NCBI GenBank assembly: GCA_946413585.1
Contig: CAMKLG010000011.1
Location: 1,717-65,716, forward strand
Direction: 5' to 3'
Length of the DNA stretch: 64,000 nt
Source: an uncultured Bacteroidales bacterium
GTDB lineage: Bacteria > Bacteroidota > Bacteroidia > Bacteroidales > WCHB1-69
The notes under the pieces are model-generated. The model saw only the letters and a list, made by a program, of their open reading frames with translations. It had not been told where the DNA came from and made no database searches. Positions 8,675-18,632 of this stretch are shown in pieces (position 1 is the stretch's first letter; each line of letters opens with the position of its first letter). The position numbers and the translations under genes were made by a program.

Positions 8675-10600
8675 ATGAGATTCAGAATCCTGTCCTTCGT
8701 CAAACGGTCGTTGGCCACGCGCATGAGCCTTCTCACCGTCTTTTTTGCCGCCATCATCCTGATTGCCGCATTGGGTTACATGTTCAACGTGTCGCGACAG
8801 GCTATCCGTAAAGAGGCCGTTGAACGGGCCACGAACCAACTCGAGAACACGGTCTTGCGTGTGAACAACATCTTGGACCATGTGGAAGTGGCCACCAACA
8901 ACACCGCCTGGCTGATCAACCGCCATCTCGACTCGCCCGACCTCATGTTTGAGTATTCGCGCCGGATTTTGGAGAACAACCCCGACCTCAATGGTTGCTC
9001 CATCGCTTTCGAGCCATACTTCTTTCCGGAGCGCGGTCGATATTTCTCCGCGTATTCCTACAATGACGATGGTGTGATCGAGACCACCCAGGAAGGCAAT
9101 GAACATTACGAGTACTTTTACTTGGACTGGTACCAACTCTGCAAACTGCTGGATCGTCCGGTTTGGACGGAACCATTCGTCGACTATAATCCGGATGACA
9201 TCTACTCCAAGGATATGATTGCTTCTTATTGCAAGCCGCTGAAAGACAAGGACGACAAGTATATCGGCACCCTTTCCGTCGATTTGTCGCTGTCATGGCT
9301 CTCCAACACCATCTCGGCCGTGAAGCCATACCCGAACTCTTACAGTATCATGATTGGTCAGGGTGGCACCTATTTCGTGCACCCCGACTCGACAAAACTT
9401 GTATATCAGACCATTTTCACCGAATCGATGGAGCATCCCGACACGGCCATGGTGAACTTAGGGCATGCCATGCAGCGCGGCGAGGCGGGTATGCGGCAGC
9501 TGAAAGTCAACGGCGAGGACTGCTACGTCTTCTACAAACCGCTCAGCACCACAGGCTGGAGCGTGGCCATTGTCTGTCCTGAGAGCGACATCTTCGGTGG
9601 GTTCAACAAGTTGCGCAGGTCTGTGACGGGTACTGTGGTCGGGGGACTGTTGCTGCTGATGCTGGTGTGCGGTCGGTTCATCCGCAATGAAATCAAGCCC
9701 CTCACGAAACTCGCCCGCCAGGCGGAGACCATCGCGTCGGGCGACTTCAACGTGACGTTGCCCGAAGACGGGCGCACCGACGAAATCGGGCAACTGAGCG
9801 AATCGTTCACCCACATGCAGCATTCGTTGGTTACCTACATTGACGAACTGAAAACCACCACGGCGCAGAAGGCCTCCATCGAAAATGAATTGAAGGTGGC
9901 CAGCGACATCCAGATGAGTATGGTGCCCCGCATGTTCCCGGCATTCCCCAACCGCAACGATATCGACCTCTACGCCTCGATGACCCCGGCCAAGGAGGTG
10001 GGCGGCGACCTCTACGACTTTTTCATCCAGGAAGAAATCCTATACTTCTGCGTGGGCGATGTCTCCGGCAAGGGCATTCCCGCCAGCCTCTTCATGGCCG
10101 TCACGCGCAACCTCTTCCGCATCGTGGCGCAGCAGGGTCTTCCGCCCGCGGAAATCGCCAGCCATATCAACAACATCCTCGCCGTTGACAACGACCGAGG
10201 CATGTTCGTCACGATGTTCATCGGCAAAGCCGACCTGCGCACCGGCCACCTTGACTATTGCAACTGCGGTCACAACGCCCCTGTCCTTGACGGTGAATTC
10301 CTGAAAATGCAGTATGAAAACCAACCGTTCGGACTCTGGGAGGACGACCCCTTCTACGGAGAAAGCATCGACAACATCAAGGGCAGACAGTTCCTGCTCT
10401 ACACCGACGGTCTCAACGAAGCCGAAAACGCCGAAAAAGAGCTCCTCGGCAATGACCGGCTGATAGAGCTGATGCAGGGTGCGCAAGATATGAGCGCCCG
10501 TCAGGTGGTGGACATGCTCAAAGCAGCCGTGGAGGAACACCGCGCCGGCGCAGACCCCAACGACGACCTGACATTGTTATGCCTGACGATTAAAGGTTAA
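8675..10600 (+). CDS. Cache-HAMP-SpoIIE/PP2C sensor phosphatase (phosphatase 1)
   Basis: Two TMs around a Cache domain (DWYQ...WTEPFVD), HAMP (DEIGQLSESF) and PP2C motifs GGDLYD, GDVSGKG, YTDG, DDLT. Confidence 0.92.
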   Translation: MRFRILSFVKRSLATRMSLLTVFFAAIILIAALGYMFNVSRQAIRKEAVERATNQLENTVLRVNNILDHVEVATNNTAWLINRHLDSPDLMFEYSRRILENNPDLNGCSIAFEPYFFPERGRYFSAYSYNDDGVIETTQEGNEHYEYFYLDWYQLCKLLDRPVWTEPFVDYNPDDIYSKDMIASYCKPLKDKDDKYIGTLSVDLSLSWLSNTISAVKPYPNSYSIMIGQGGTYFVHPDSTKLVYQTIFTESMEHPDTAMVNLGHAMQRGEAGMRQLKVNGEDCYVFYKPLSTTGWSVAIVCPESDIFGGFNKLRRSVTGTVVGGLLLLMLVCGRFIRNEIKPLTKLARQAETIASGDFNVTLPEDGRTDEIGQLSESFTHMQHSLVTYIDELKTTTAQKASIENELKVASDIQMSMVPRMFPAFPNRNDIDLYASMTPAKEVGGDLYDFFIQEEILYFCVGDVSGKGIPASLFMAVTRNLFRIVAQQGLPPAEIASHINNILAVDNDRGMFVTMFIGKADLRTGHLDYCNCGHNAPVLDGEFLKMQYENQPFGLWEDDPFYGESIDNIKGRQFLLYTDGLNEAENAEKELLGNDRLIELMQGAQDMSARQVVDMLKAAVEEHRAGADPNDDLTLLCLTIKG

Positions 10601-10644
10601 CGGTTAAGATGACATTATTTGTAAAACCAATGAATTTAGTGATT

Positions 10645-10857
10645 ATGGAAAATTTAACAAAAGAACAAATCGAACAAAAGAAAGAGCAACTCAAAAAGCT
10701 GTTGCAGGAGGCTAATGCTTTGAAGAACGAACTTGTATCCATGGGAGAATGGCCGATTGACGATGACGACCTCGACGGTGCCGCAGGTGGTGTCGGGCCT
10801 TTAACGCCTGGTCATCATTACACTTATGATGATGGTGTCGTAGGCGGCAGACCTTAA
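10645..10857 (+). CDS. double-glycine leader precursor peptide P1 (core VGPLTPGHHYTYDDGVVGGRP)
   Basis: 49-aa leader MENLTKEQIEQKKEQL...WPIDDDDLDGAAGG, conserved in four other copies. Confidence 0.85.
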   Translation: MENLTKEQIEQKKEQLKKLLQEANALKNELVSMGEWPIDDDDLDGAAGGVGPLTPGHHYTYDDGVVGGRP

Positions 10858-10887
10858 GCATGACGATAGGTAAGACTTTGTTTATGT

Positions 10888-13029
10888 ATGAGTATTAAAC
10901 GTTGTTTTTGGATATTCGCCTTGGTCGCGTTAGTCTTCGCCTCCTGCCGGAACAATGAAAGCAATGAAATGCTATCTCCGGCGGAAAAAAGGCTTATGGA
11001 TGCAGATTCTGTGGCCCGTCGTGCCATTTTTTCGTTCGACCGAAATATCTTCTGGCAGGGCGACCCTAAACGGGCGGATTTCATTGTTGACAGTCTGAAG
11101 CTCATTGTCGATAGTCTGGAGAAACGTGGTGACTTGACAGAGTTGGCCGCTGACGAGTTACGAGGTGAACTCTACTTATTCACTCTCCGTTCCTCGAAGG
11201 CCGAAGAGAGCTTTAGCCATGTGTGGGAAAAAATACCTCCCACGGATATCCAACAGTGGCATTACAAAGCCGCCGGCAATTTTCTTGCCTATCAGCTGTA
11301 TATGAGGCACAACTACGAGGGATTCCTGCGTGTGGCGGTGCCTTTGATTGCTTGGATGGACTCTTTGGACACCGACAGCTGGACAAAGAAGATGAGTCAG
11401 TTGTCGCCTTATTATGAGGATGGTTCCCACAGCACTTGGGGACAGCGAATGAATCTTTACTCGCTGTTAGGGTGTAGCTATCTGAAGCTGGAGCAACGCG
11501 ACAAGGCAAAGGAGGTGTTGAATCAATTTGACACCTACAGCCGGAAGGTGCTCGCCGAGGATTCCTCCCGTATCAGTCCCCTGTTTGTCAACACCTACGC
11601 CAGGGTCAAGGACGCCTACGTAAGGGTGAAAGACTGGGAGGAGGTTAGCCGATGGCTCTGTATCCTTGACACGCTGGGGTACCTCTATGGGGTGAAAGAA
11701 CCGGAATCTGAGATTTTGAAGATCTACAACATTTACGGGCATTTGGATGATGCCCTGCAGTTGTGGATTCAAGGGGAAGCGGATTCCGCCGCCGTCGAAT
11801 ACGCTATGTTCATCAAAGACGCATCCAACGACTTGAATGCCATCATCCAAGCCAACGACCAATACCTGATGCCGGCAGAACGCTATGAAGAAGCCGCCGA
11901 ACACTACGACTACCTCGACTATTTCATCGACAAGCCTTGGTTAGAGGAGATCAGCGCCTACTATTTCCCCAAGCTCCGTGCCAACTACTATGCAGGGCGC
12001 AAAGACACAGCCCTCAAAGTGGCCATGCAGATTGCCGATTTGTTCGACTCGGCATACTTCTGGCAGAAGAAGAGCCAGATGGCCGAAATGGCCACCATCT
12101 ACGACACGCAGGGCAAGGAGATGGAGATAGCTCGCCAGCAGGCGAAACTATCGAAACAGCGGCTCATCGGGGTGCTTGTCGCCCTGTTGCTGCTCTCGGC
12201 ATTCTTCATCATCTACTCGTGGTACCGCCGCAGAGCACAGAAGAGACTCGCCACCGCGCATGAACAGCTGAAAGCCGCCTACGACCAACTGGAGGAGACC
12301 ACTGCCGCGAAGGAGCGCATCGAGAGCGAACTGCGCATCGCCCGCGACATCCAGATGTCGATGGTGCCCAGCCTCTTCCCCGAATACGAAGGGCTGGACA
12401 TGTTCGCCGCGATGACCCCCGCCAAAGAGGTGGGCGGCGACCTCTACGGTTATGTCCTGCAGGGCGACATTCTCTATTTCTGTGTCGGTGACGTGAGCGG
12501 CAAGGGTGTGCCCGCCAGCCTCTTCATGGCCCAAAGCGCAAGACTCTTCCGCACCCTTGCCTCTGAGAACATGATGCCCGCCGACATCGCCGTGCGCATG
12601 AACAACGCCCTGGCGGAAAACAATGAAACCGGCATGTTCGTCACCATGTTCATCGGGCAGCTCAACCTGAAGACCGGTCATCTCGACTACTGCAACTGCG
12701 GCCACAACGCCCCTGTCCTTGACGGAGAGTTCCTGAAGATGCAGTATGAAAACCAACCGCTCGGTCTGTGGGAGGACGACCCCTTTTACGGCGAGAGCAT
12801 CGACGACATCCGGAACAAGCAACTGCTCGTTTACTCCGATGGCTTGAACGAGGCCGAGAACCCGCAGCAGGAATTTCTGGGCAACGCCCGCCTTTTGGAA
12901 TTGATGGATAGTGCTAAGTCACTCTCTTCCCAACAAGTGATCGGAATGCTCATGAACGCCGTGGAAGAACACCGCGCAGGTGCAGACCCCAACGACGACC
13001 TGACGTTGTTGTGTCTGACGATAGTATAA
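10888..13029 (+). CDS. membrane sensor-SpoIIE/PP2C phosphatase with helical (TPR-like) periplasmic domain (phosphatase 2)
   Basis: Lipobox-like FASC, about 400-aa helical region, one TM, coiled coil and intact PP2C motifs. Confidence 0.88.
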   Translation: MSIKRCFWIFALVALVFASCRNNESNEMLSPAEKRLMDADSVARRAIFSFDRNIFWQGDPKRADFIVDSLKLIVDSLEKRGDLTELAADELRGELYLFTLRSSKAEESFSHVWEKIPPTDIQQWHYKAAGNFLAYQLYMRHNYEGFLRVAVPLIAWMDSLDTDSWTKKMSQLSPYYEDGSHSTWGQRMNLYSLLGCSYLKLEQRDKAKEVLNQFDTYSRKVLAEDSSRISPLFVNTYARVKDAYVRVKDWEEVSRWLCILDTLGYLYGVKEPESEILKIYNIYGHLDDALQLWIQGEADSAAVEYAMFIKDASNDLNAIIQANDQYLMPAERYEEAAEHYDYLDYFIDKPWLEEISAYYFPKLRANYYAGRKDTALKVAMQIADLFDSAYFWQKKSQMAEMATIYDTQGKEMEIARQQAKLSKQRLIGVLVALLLLSAFFIIYSWYRRRAQKRLATAHEQLKAAYDQLEETTAAKERIESELRIARDIQMSMVPSLFPEYEGLDMFAAMTPAKEVGGDLYGYVLQGDILYFCVGDVSGKGVPASLFMAQSARLFRTLASENMMPADIAVRMNNALAENNETGMFVTMFIGQLNLKTGHLDYCNCGHNAPVLDGEFLKMQYENQPLGLWEDDPFYGESIDDIRNKQLLVYSDGLNEAENPQQEFLGNARLLELMDSAKSLSSQQVIGMLMNAVEEHRAGADPNDDLTLLCLTIV
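12190..13013 (+). repeat. about 824-bp near-identical direct repeat, copy 1
   Basis: Matches 17753-18576 at offset 5563. Antisense ORFs 12474-12665 and 18037-18228 are identical. One mismatch noticed (12981). Confidence 0.92.
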
Positions 13030-13123
13030 TAAAATGACCAAGTTGTGGTACTTGTTGATGGGTTCTAACAGTACCGCGACTTTTAAAAAGAGTGAACAGA
13101 ACCCCTCAAAAAATCTTAGTAAG

Positions 13124-13621
13124 ATGAAAAAAATAGCTTTTTTGATCACGACCTTGTTCGTCATCGCCTTGGTGGGCGCAGGATGTCAACGAGATGAACC
13201 GACTCCGACGCCAACACCCACACCCACACCGACACCTGAAACAAACTCCGTGGTTTACAAAGTTGACAATCATTCGCTGACTGATGCTTCACCCATGTCG
13301 CCGGCTCTTAAGATGAGTGTGACTTACACGGATGCCGATGGACAACAAGTCACAGAGAACAACGTCACCTTGCCTTGGGTGAAGACTGTTGAAGTCGAGC
13401 GTCCTTTCCATGCCAAGCTGACGGGCCAGATCACATTCAATGAAGATGAACTTCCAGACCCTGTGGTGTTTGTCAGATCTTATGGGATAGGCCTTTACGT
13501 CAACGGTTCCGGAGATTTCGATATGACATCATCAACGAAAACCATGTCAAAGGAGATGTTCCTCAAACTCATTTCGGAACATCCCGAACGGCTACAATTC
13601 ACTAAAGAAGCGGACTTTTAA
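13124..13621 (+). CDS. lipoprotein with PT-repeat linker, unknown function
   Basis: MKKIAFLITTLFVIALVGAGC lipobox followed by a (PT)n linker. Confidence 0.75.
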   Translation: MKKIAFLITTLFVIALVGAGCQRDEPTPTPTPTPTPTPETNSVVYKVDNHSLTDASPMSPALKMSVTYTDADGQQVTENNVTLPWVKTVEVERPFHAKLTGQITFNEDELPDPVVFVRSYGIGLYVNGSGDFDMTSSTKTMSKEMFLKLISEHPERLQFTKEADF

Positions 13622-13877
13622 TTCTTCGACTGCATCAAGACCAGCATCTGGAAAACTTTTGATAGGCTTGAAAAACCTCTGGGTGCTGGTCTCTGAAAGC
13701 ATGTGACGGCAGGGAAGGTGTTCTTGAGGCGGATGGGGTGCATTTTGGGCGGATCTCTGCTTGTCTGAGAAAACTTCCGGAAGTTTCTCGGGCATCCTCA
13801 TGAGGAGATGCTTGTCAACGGTCGATTGAGATTTCCTGTCGGTGTTTTTTCAATAGACACTCGCAATAAATAAATTG

Positions 13878-13885
13878 TATTTTTG
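13878..13885 (+). promoter_or_regulatory. -7 promoter element for the S8 protease
   Basis: TATTTTTG upstream of 13953. Confidence 0.55.
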
Positions 13886-13952
13886 CGACGTCATACTGTC
13901 GGACTGTTTCGAAGGTTAACCATAATCAATTCCAGAACAAATTGAAATAATA

Positions 13953-16379
13953 ATGAAGAAATACTCAATAACCCTGTTTCTACTCTGCCTGATGTTTGCG
14001 GGTTATTCCCAAGTGAAATTGGACTATTCGGCAACGCCCAAAGTGAAGGCATCCGGTTTTACGGTCAAAGGACTTTCTGCGGCAAGCGCATACTTTTTGC
14101 ACGATCTACAGCAGATGGAGGCGACCAAGGATCCTGCCGCCCAAAAAAGGTTATATGCCAAATTGCAGGATCGATACGGCATTATGCAGGGGAGAGTGCC
14201 TGCGCTTATTGTGTTGGCCGATGGCAGGGCACTGTCAGATTTGGCAGCCTACGATGTGACCGTAGGAAGTGCCGCAGGCGGCATCTACACAGCGAGGATC
14301 CCCTTGCACCGTTTTGCCGACCTGGCAGCGTCCGGAATCTGCAAAACCATCGATGTGGGTGAGAAAAACGAGCCCCACCTTGACAAGTCCCGCGAGAATT
14401 TGGGCATCGACCAGATTCACGCGGGACTGCACCTGCCGCACGGCTATGACGGCACTGGTGTCGTAGTAGGCATCATTGACAGTGGCTTTGGGTACGGCCA
14501 TCCATCGTTCTATGGTACGGATGGCCATTTCCGGGTGAAACGTGTATGGGAACAAAAGAGCACGACTGGCACACCTCCTGCAGGGTACAGTTACGGAACG
14601 GAATATACGACGGAGGCCGAACTGTTGGCTGCGGGAGCAGACTACATGAACGAAAACCATGGCACCCATGTGGCTGGAATTGCCGCAGGCTCGGGTGCCC
14701 CTTCGGGCGACGGCACAGCCTACCAAGGTATAGCTCCCGGAGCAGATTTGGTGCTTGTCGCCACAAGTTTTCTCGGTTCAGATGTTTGTGATGCCATTTC
14801 CTACATTTACCATTATGCGCAGTCTGTGGGAAAGCCCTGCGTCATCAACATGAGTTTTGGATCAACCCTACAATGTCATGAGGGATTTGAACCAGACGAT
14901 TTGTTCATCACATCCTTTGTGAATCAGCACCACGACAGTTTGGTCTTGGTGGCAAGTACGGGCAATGACGGTCTTATTAACGTTCATATACAAAAGCAGT
15001 TTTCCCCTGAAGACACCCTCCTGACTACTCATTTGCAATTCACTGCTGACAGCAACTTTTGGGGAGGTGTCTATCTGTATGGGGAAAGTGTTTTCAGCAT
15101 TGCATTGACGTTGGTCAACACCACCACGCAGCAACAAGAGGATTTCACGGGATTCTTCACCGTAGATGTTGACACTTGCTTTTTTCAGACACTGTTTACG
15201 AGTGATGGCACACCTCTGTCCTGTGAATTTTGTTTCGAGCCGGACGACAGACTCTCACATCCGTTTGTTGGCACTTTTGGTATTCGCATCGACGGCCCCG
15301 CACCCAGCGGTAGGGAAGTGATACTCACCGTCAAATGCAATCAAGAGTCGGAGATACATGGATGGTGTCAGACACTGCTGTTCTCCGCAAGCGAATCAGT
15401 GGAAGAAGCGGTGGCCGGCGACAGCTGGTACACGGTAAGTGGTAAGGGAACCAACACTGACGCCGTCATTTCAGTCGGATCATACGCCACCCGTCTTCAC
15501 TACATCACGTATGAGGGAATCCATAAGTCGGGACGCAGCAATACGATAGGCGACATCTCCCTGTTTTCCTCCAAAGGGCCGACGATGGATGGACGCACAA
15601 AGCCTGATATTACTGCACCCGGTGAAGTTGTCGTTGCCTCCGTCAATCGCTTTGCTGTTAATGAGTCCTCTTCTCCAATTTATGACACCATCGAATGGTT
15701 CGGAAACATCGAATACTATAGCGGTTTTATGGGCACCTCTATGTCCTCTCCTATGGTGACGGGCATCGTGGCTTTGTGGTTGCAACAGAATCCGTCGTTA
15801 GGTGTGGATTCTGTGCGCGCCATCCTGCATGGTACCGCCCATAACGATCACTACACCGGCAATGCCGCAGTGGTGCCCTCCAATATCTGGGGACACGGCA
15901 AGGTCAACGCCTACGGCGGATTGCCCACCAATACAGAACTTTACCTGGTTACCGCATGTGCAGAAGTGGATAGTATGGGCAGCGTGGACGGCGGCGGAGT
16001 GGTGACAGCAGGTGTGCGTACCCTCACTGCCATCCCCGGAGCCGACCACACTTTTGTAGCTTGGGAAGACGGCAGTACAGATAACCCGCGTACTGTGTAT
16101 GTCATCTGCGACACCCTCTTCATAGCCACTTTCGAAGTGTCGTCAGATTCTGTTGCAGTACCCGCATACACGGAAGAGACTCATTACTGCCTCATTGCGC
16201 AAGGAGGGCGGCAAATCAGCATCTCCAACGCCGAAGGTCATTCTTTGCGTGTTTATGATATCACAGGTCGTCTGATTGTGAGTGGTCTGGACGCTAACGG
16301 CACCTACCGGATGCCTTCTGCGGGCGTGTATATTCTCCAGGTTGAAGGGTTCAGGCCACGGAAAGTGATGGTCAATTAA
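13953..16379 (+). CDS. S8 subtilisin-like protease with T9SS type-A-like CTD
   Basis: Catalytic triad GIIDSG, HGTHVAG, GTSMSSP; signal peptide; C-terminal VYDITGRL...GVYILQV...KVMVN. Confidence 0.92.
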   Translation: MKKYSITLFLLCLMFAGYSQVKLDYSATPKVKASGFTVKGLSAASAYFLHDLQQMEATKDPAAQKRLYAKLQDRYGIMQGRVPALIVLADGRALSDLAAYDVTVGSAAGGIYTARIPLHRFADLAASGICKTIDVGEKNEPHLDKSRENLGIDQIHAGLHLPHGYDGTGVVVGIIDSGFGYGHPSFYGTDGHFRVKRVWEQKSTTGTPPAGYSYGTEYTTEAELLAAGADYMNENHGTHVAGIAAGSGAPSGDGTAYQGIAPGADLVLVATSFLGSDVCDAISYIYHYAQSVGKPCVINMSFGSTLQCHEGFEPDDLFITSFVNQHHDSLVLVASTGNDGLINVHIQKQFSPEDTLLTTHLQFTADSNFWGGVYLYGESVFSIALTLVNTTTQQQEDFTGFFTVDVDTCFFQTLFTSDGTPLSCEFCFEPDDRLSHPFVGTFGIRIDGPAPSGREVILTVKCNQESEIHGWCQTLLFSASESVEEAVAGDSWYTVSGKGTNTDAVISVGSYATRLHYITYEGIHKSGRSNTIGDISLFSSKGPTMDGRTKPDITAPGEVVVASVNRFAVNESSSPIYDTIEWFGNIEYYSGFMGTSMSSPMVTGIVALWLQQNPSLGVDSVRAILHGTAHNDHYTGNAAVVPSNIWGHGKVNAYGGLPTNTELYLVTACAEVDSMGSVDGGGVVTAGVRTLTAIPGADHTFVAWEDGSTDNPRTVYVICDTLFIATFEVSSDSVAVPAYTEETHYCLIAQGGRQISISNAEGHSLRVYDITGRLIVSGLDANGTYRMPSAGVYILQVEGFRPRKVMVN

Positions 16380-16455
16380 GAATTCAGAATGATAGAAGTT
16401 CTTTTAATATCCATATTTGAATTTTTTATATTTTTACACTTGTTAAACTTCTATT

Positions 16456-16545
16456 ATGGATAATTTGACAAAAGAACAGATTGAACAAAAGAAAGAGAAG
16501 CTCAAGAAGCTGATGCAAGATTCATCATTTATTAATCACAAATGA
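16456..16545 (+). pseudogene. truncated leader-peptide copy P2 (MDNLTKEQIEQKKEKLKKLMQDSSFINHK)
   Basis: First 21 codons match the leader family, then diverge. Stop lies 1 nt before ATG 16547. Not in the ORF track. Confidence 0.8.
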
Positions 16546-16546
16546 A

Positions 16547-18595
16547 ATGAGACACTTGTCCAAAATAGATATTGTCGCCGTAATAGCGCTGACGGTGCTG
16601 TCAGTGGCTTTCTCAAGCTGCGGCCACAAAAAGCAGGCTGTTGAAATGACCGAAGCCAAGTATGACAGCTTGTTCGATGTAGTCTGGTACACCCGTGACA
16701 CCATCATATTGCTCACCATTGACAGCCTTGAAACGGCGGGAGAATTGACCGAGAACAGGGCAGATTTTCTCCGTGGTGTGGCGTACGACAGAAGTCGGGA
16801 GATACCACTCGGAGATCACTATTACAACAAGGTCTATCAGGCCGTGGATCCGGAAAAAGAGGGCTGGGATTTTTATTTACGGGTGGCGACCCGACTTTCA
16901 CAGTTGCGAATGACTACCAGCGATAATAAAGGGGCCATAAAGGTGGCGGCCGAAGCCCTTGAGAAGGCGAAAGCAGCAGGCAAACTGACCGATAATTATG
17001 AATTGGGATTATTGTGGAGTATAGCTGGTTGCCAATCCGCGCTTCAACTTCCCGAAGCCACTCAGACGAGTATGCGTGTTTATGAACTGCTGGAGAAGCA
17101 GGCGAAAGACAGAGGGGTGGAAATGACACCCAATCTGATGGTTTACAGGATGGTATTATGCGAAAGTTACATAGGGCAAGAGAATTACGATGAAGCGGAG
17201 GTTTGGAACCAGCGTTTCGGAAAGGCCTTGACACAGTTGGATTCCACAACTTACGACAATTTAATTCATGAAAATGCATGGCATTATCCCATGAATGAAA
17301 TCCTCATATTGAAAGGTCAGGGGAAAGACAGTCTGGCGGATGCGGTATTTAGACAATCGTATGATCAACTCATGGAATTGCCTGAGGGAATGCAGGAAGT
17401 CGCTCTGTATTTGTTGGAAAACGAGCGATATGCCGAGGCCGCTGACATATTCGCTCTCATTGATACGACCATTCCTGCAGATAACAAATATGGTCATCTG
17501 AATCTCGAAAATATCGAGTACAGCATCATTCCGAGACTCAAGGCCAACCTTGGCGCTGGCCGCACGGACACCGTAGTCTCCATCGCCCGCAAGATAGCGG
17601 ACAATTATGAGAATGCATTTGCGGAATATAAAGACAAAAATGCCGCCGAGCTGGCCACCATCTACCAGACGCAGGAGAAGGATGCTGAAATTGCCCAGCA
17701 GCAAATCAAGCTGAGTCGGCAACGGCTGATTGGCACGCTGGTCGCATTGGTACTGCTCTCGGCATTCTTCATCATCTACTCGTGGTACCGCCGCAGAGCA
17801 CAGAAGAGACTCGCCACCGCGCATGAACAGCTGAAAGCCGCCTACGACCAACTGGAGGAGACCACTGCCGCGAAGGAGCGCATCGAGAGCGAACTGCGCA
17901 TCGCCCGCGACATCCAGATGTCGATGGTGCCCAGCCTCTTCCCCGAATACGAAGGGCTGGACATGTTCGCCGCGATGACCCCCGCCAAAGAGGTGGGCGG
18001 CGACCTCTACGGTTATGTCCTGCAGGGCGACATTCTCTATTTCTGTGTCGGTGACGTGAGCGGCAAGGGTGTGCCCGCCAGCCTCTTCATGGCCCAAAGC
18101 GCAAGACTCTTCCGCACCCTTGCCTCTGAGAACATGATGCCCGCCGACATCGCCGTGCGCATGAACAACGCCCTGGCGGAAAACAATGAAACCGGCATGT
18201 TCGTCACCATGTTCATCGGGCAGCTCAACCTGAAGACCGGTCATCTCGACTACTGCAACTGCGGCCACAACGCCCCTGTCCTTGACGGAGAGTTCCTGAA
18301 GATGCAGTATGAAAACCAACCGCTCGGTCTGTGGGAGGACGACCCCTTTTACGGCGAGAGCATCGACGACATCCGGAACAAGCAACTGCTCGTTTACTCC
18401 GATGGCTTGAACGAGGCCGAGAACCCGCAGCAGGAATTTCTGGGCAACGCCCGCCTTTTGGAATTGATGGATAGTGCTAAGTCACTCTCTTCCCAACAAG
18501 TGATCGGAATGCTCATGAACGCCGTGGAAGAACACCGCGCAGGCGCAGACCCCAACGACGACCTGACGTTGTTGTGCTTAACGGTTAGAGGTTAA
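16547..18595 (+). CDS. membrane sensor-SpoIIE/PP2C phosphatase (phosphatase 3)
   Basis: Lipobox-like FSSC, divergent helical sensor, TM, and a cytoplasmic part essentially identical to phosphatase 2. Confidence 0.88.
   Translation: MRHLSKIDIVAVIALTVLSVAFSSCGHKKQAVEMTEAKYDSLFDVVWYTRDTIILLTIDSLETAGELTENRADFLRGVAYDRSREIPLGDHYYNKVYQAVDPEKEGWDFYLRVATRLSQLRMTTSDNKGAIKVAAEALEKAKAAGKLTDNYELGLLWSIAGCQSALQLPEATQTSMRVYELLEKQAKDRGVEMTPNLMVYRMVLCESYIGQENYDEAEVWNQRFGKALTQLDSTTYDNLIHENAWHYPMNEILILKGQGKDSLADAVFRQSYDQLMELPEGMQEVALYLLENERYAEAADIFALIDTTIPADNKYGHLNLENIEYSIIPRLKANLGAGRTDTVVSIARKIADNYENAFAEYKDKNAAELATIYQTQEKDAEIAQQQIKLSRQRLIGTLVALVLLSAFFIIYSWYRRRAQKRLATAHEQLKAAYDQLEETTAAKERIESELRIARDIQMSMVPSLFPEYEGLDMFAAMTPAKEVGGDLYGYVLQGDILYFCVGDVSGKGVPASLFMAQSARLFRTLASENMMPADIAVRMNNALAENNETGMFVTMFIGQLNLKTGHLDYCNCGHNAPVLDGEFLKMQYENQPLGLWEDDPFYGESIDDIRNKQLLVYSDGLNEAENPQQEFLGNARLLELMDSAKSLSSQQVIGMLMNAVEEHRAGADPNDDLTLLCLTVRG
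17753..18576 (+). repeat. about 824-bp near-identical direct repeat, copy 2
   Basis: Matches 12190-13013. Confidence 0.92.
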
Positions 18596-18632
18596 GACAA
18601 TATTATTTGTAAAAACAATAAAATTAAAGATT

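Noticed and set aside
13592-13801. Minus-strand 69-aa ORF and near-palindrome GAGAAAACTTCCGGAAGTTTCTC
   Set aside because: No recognisable family or second copy, so it cannot be supported as a gene or site.
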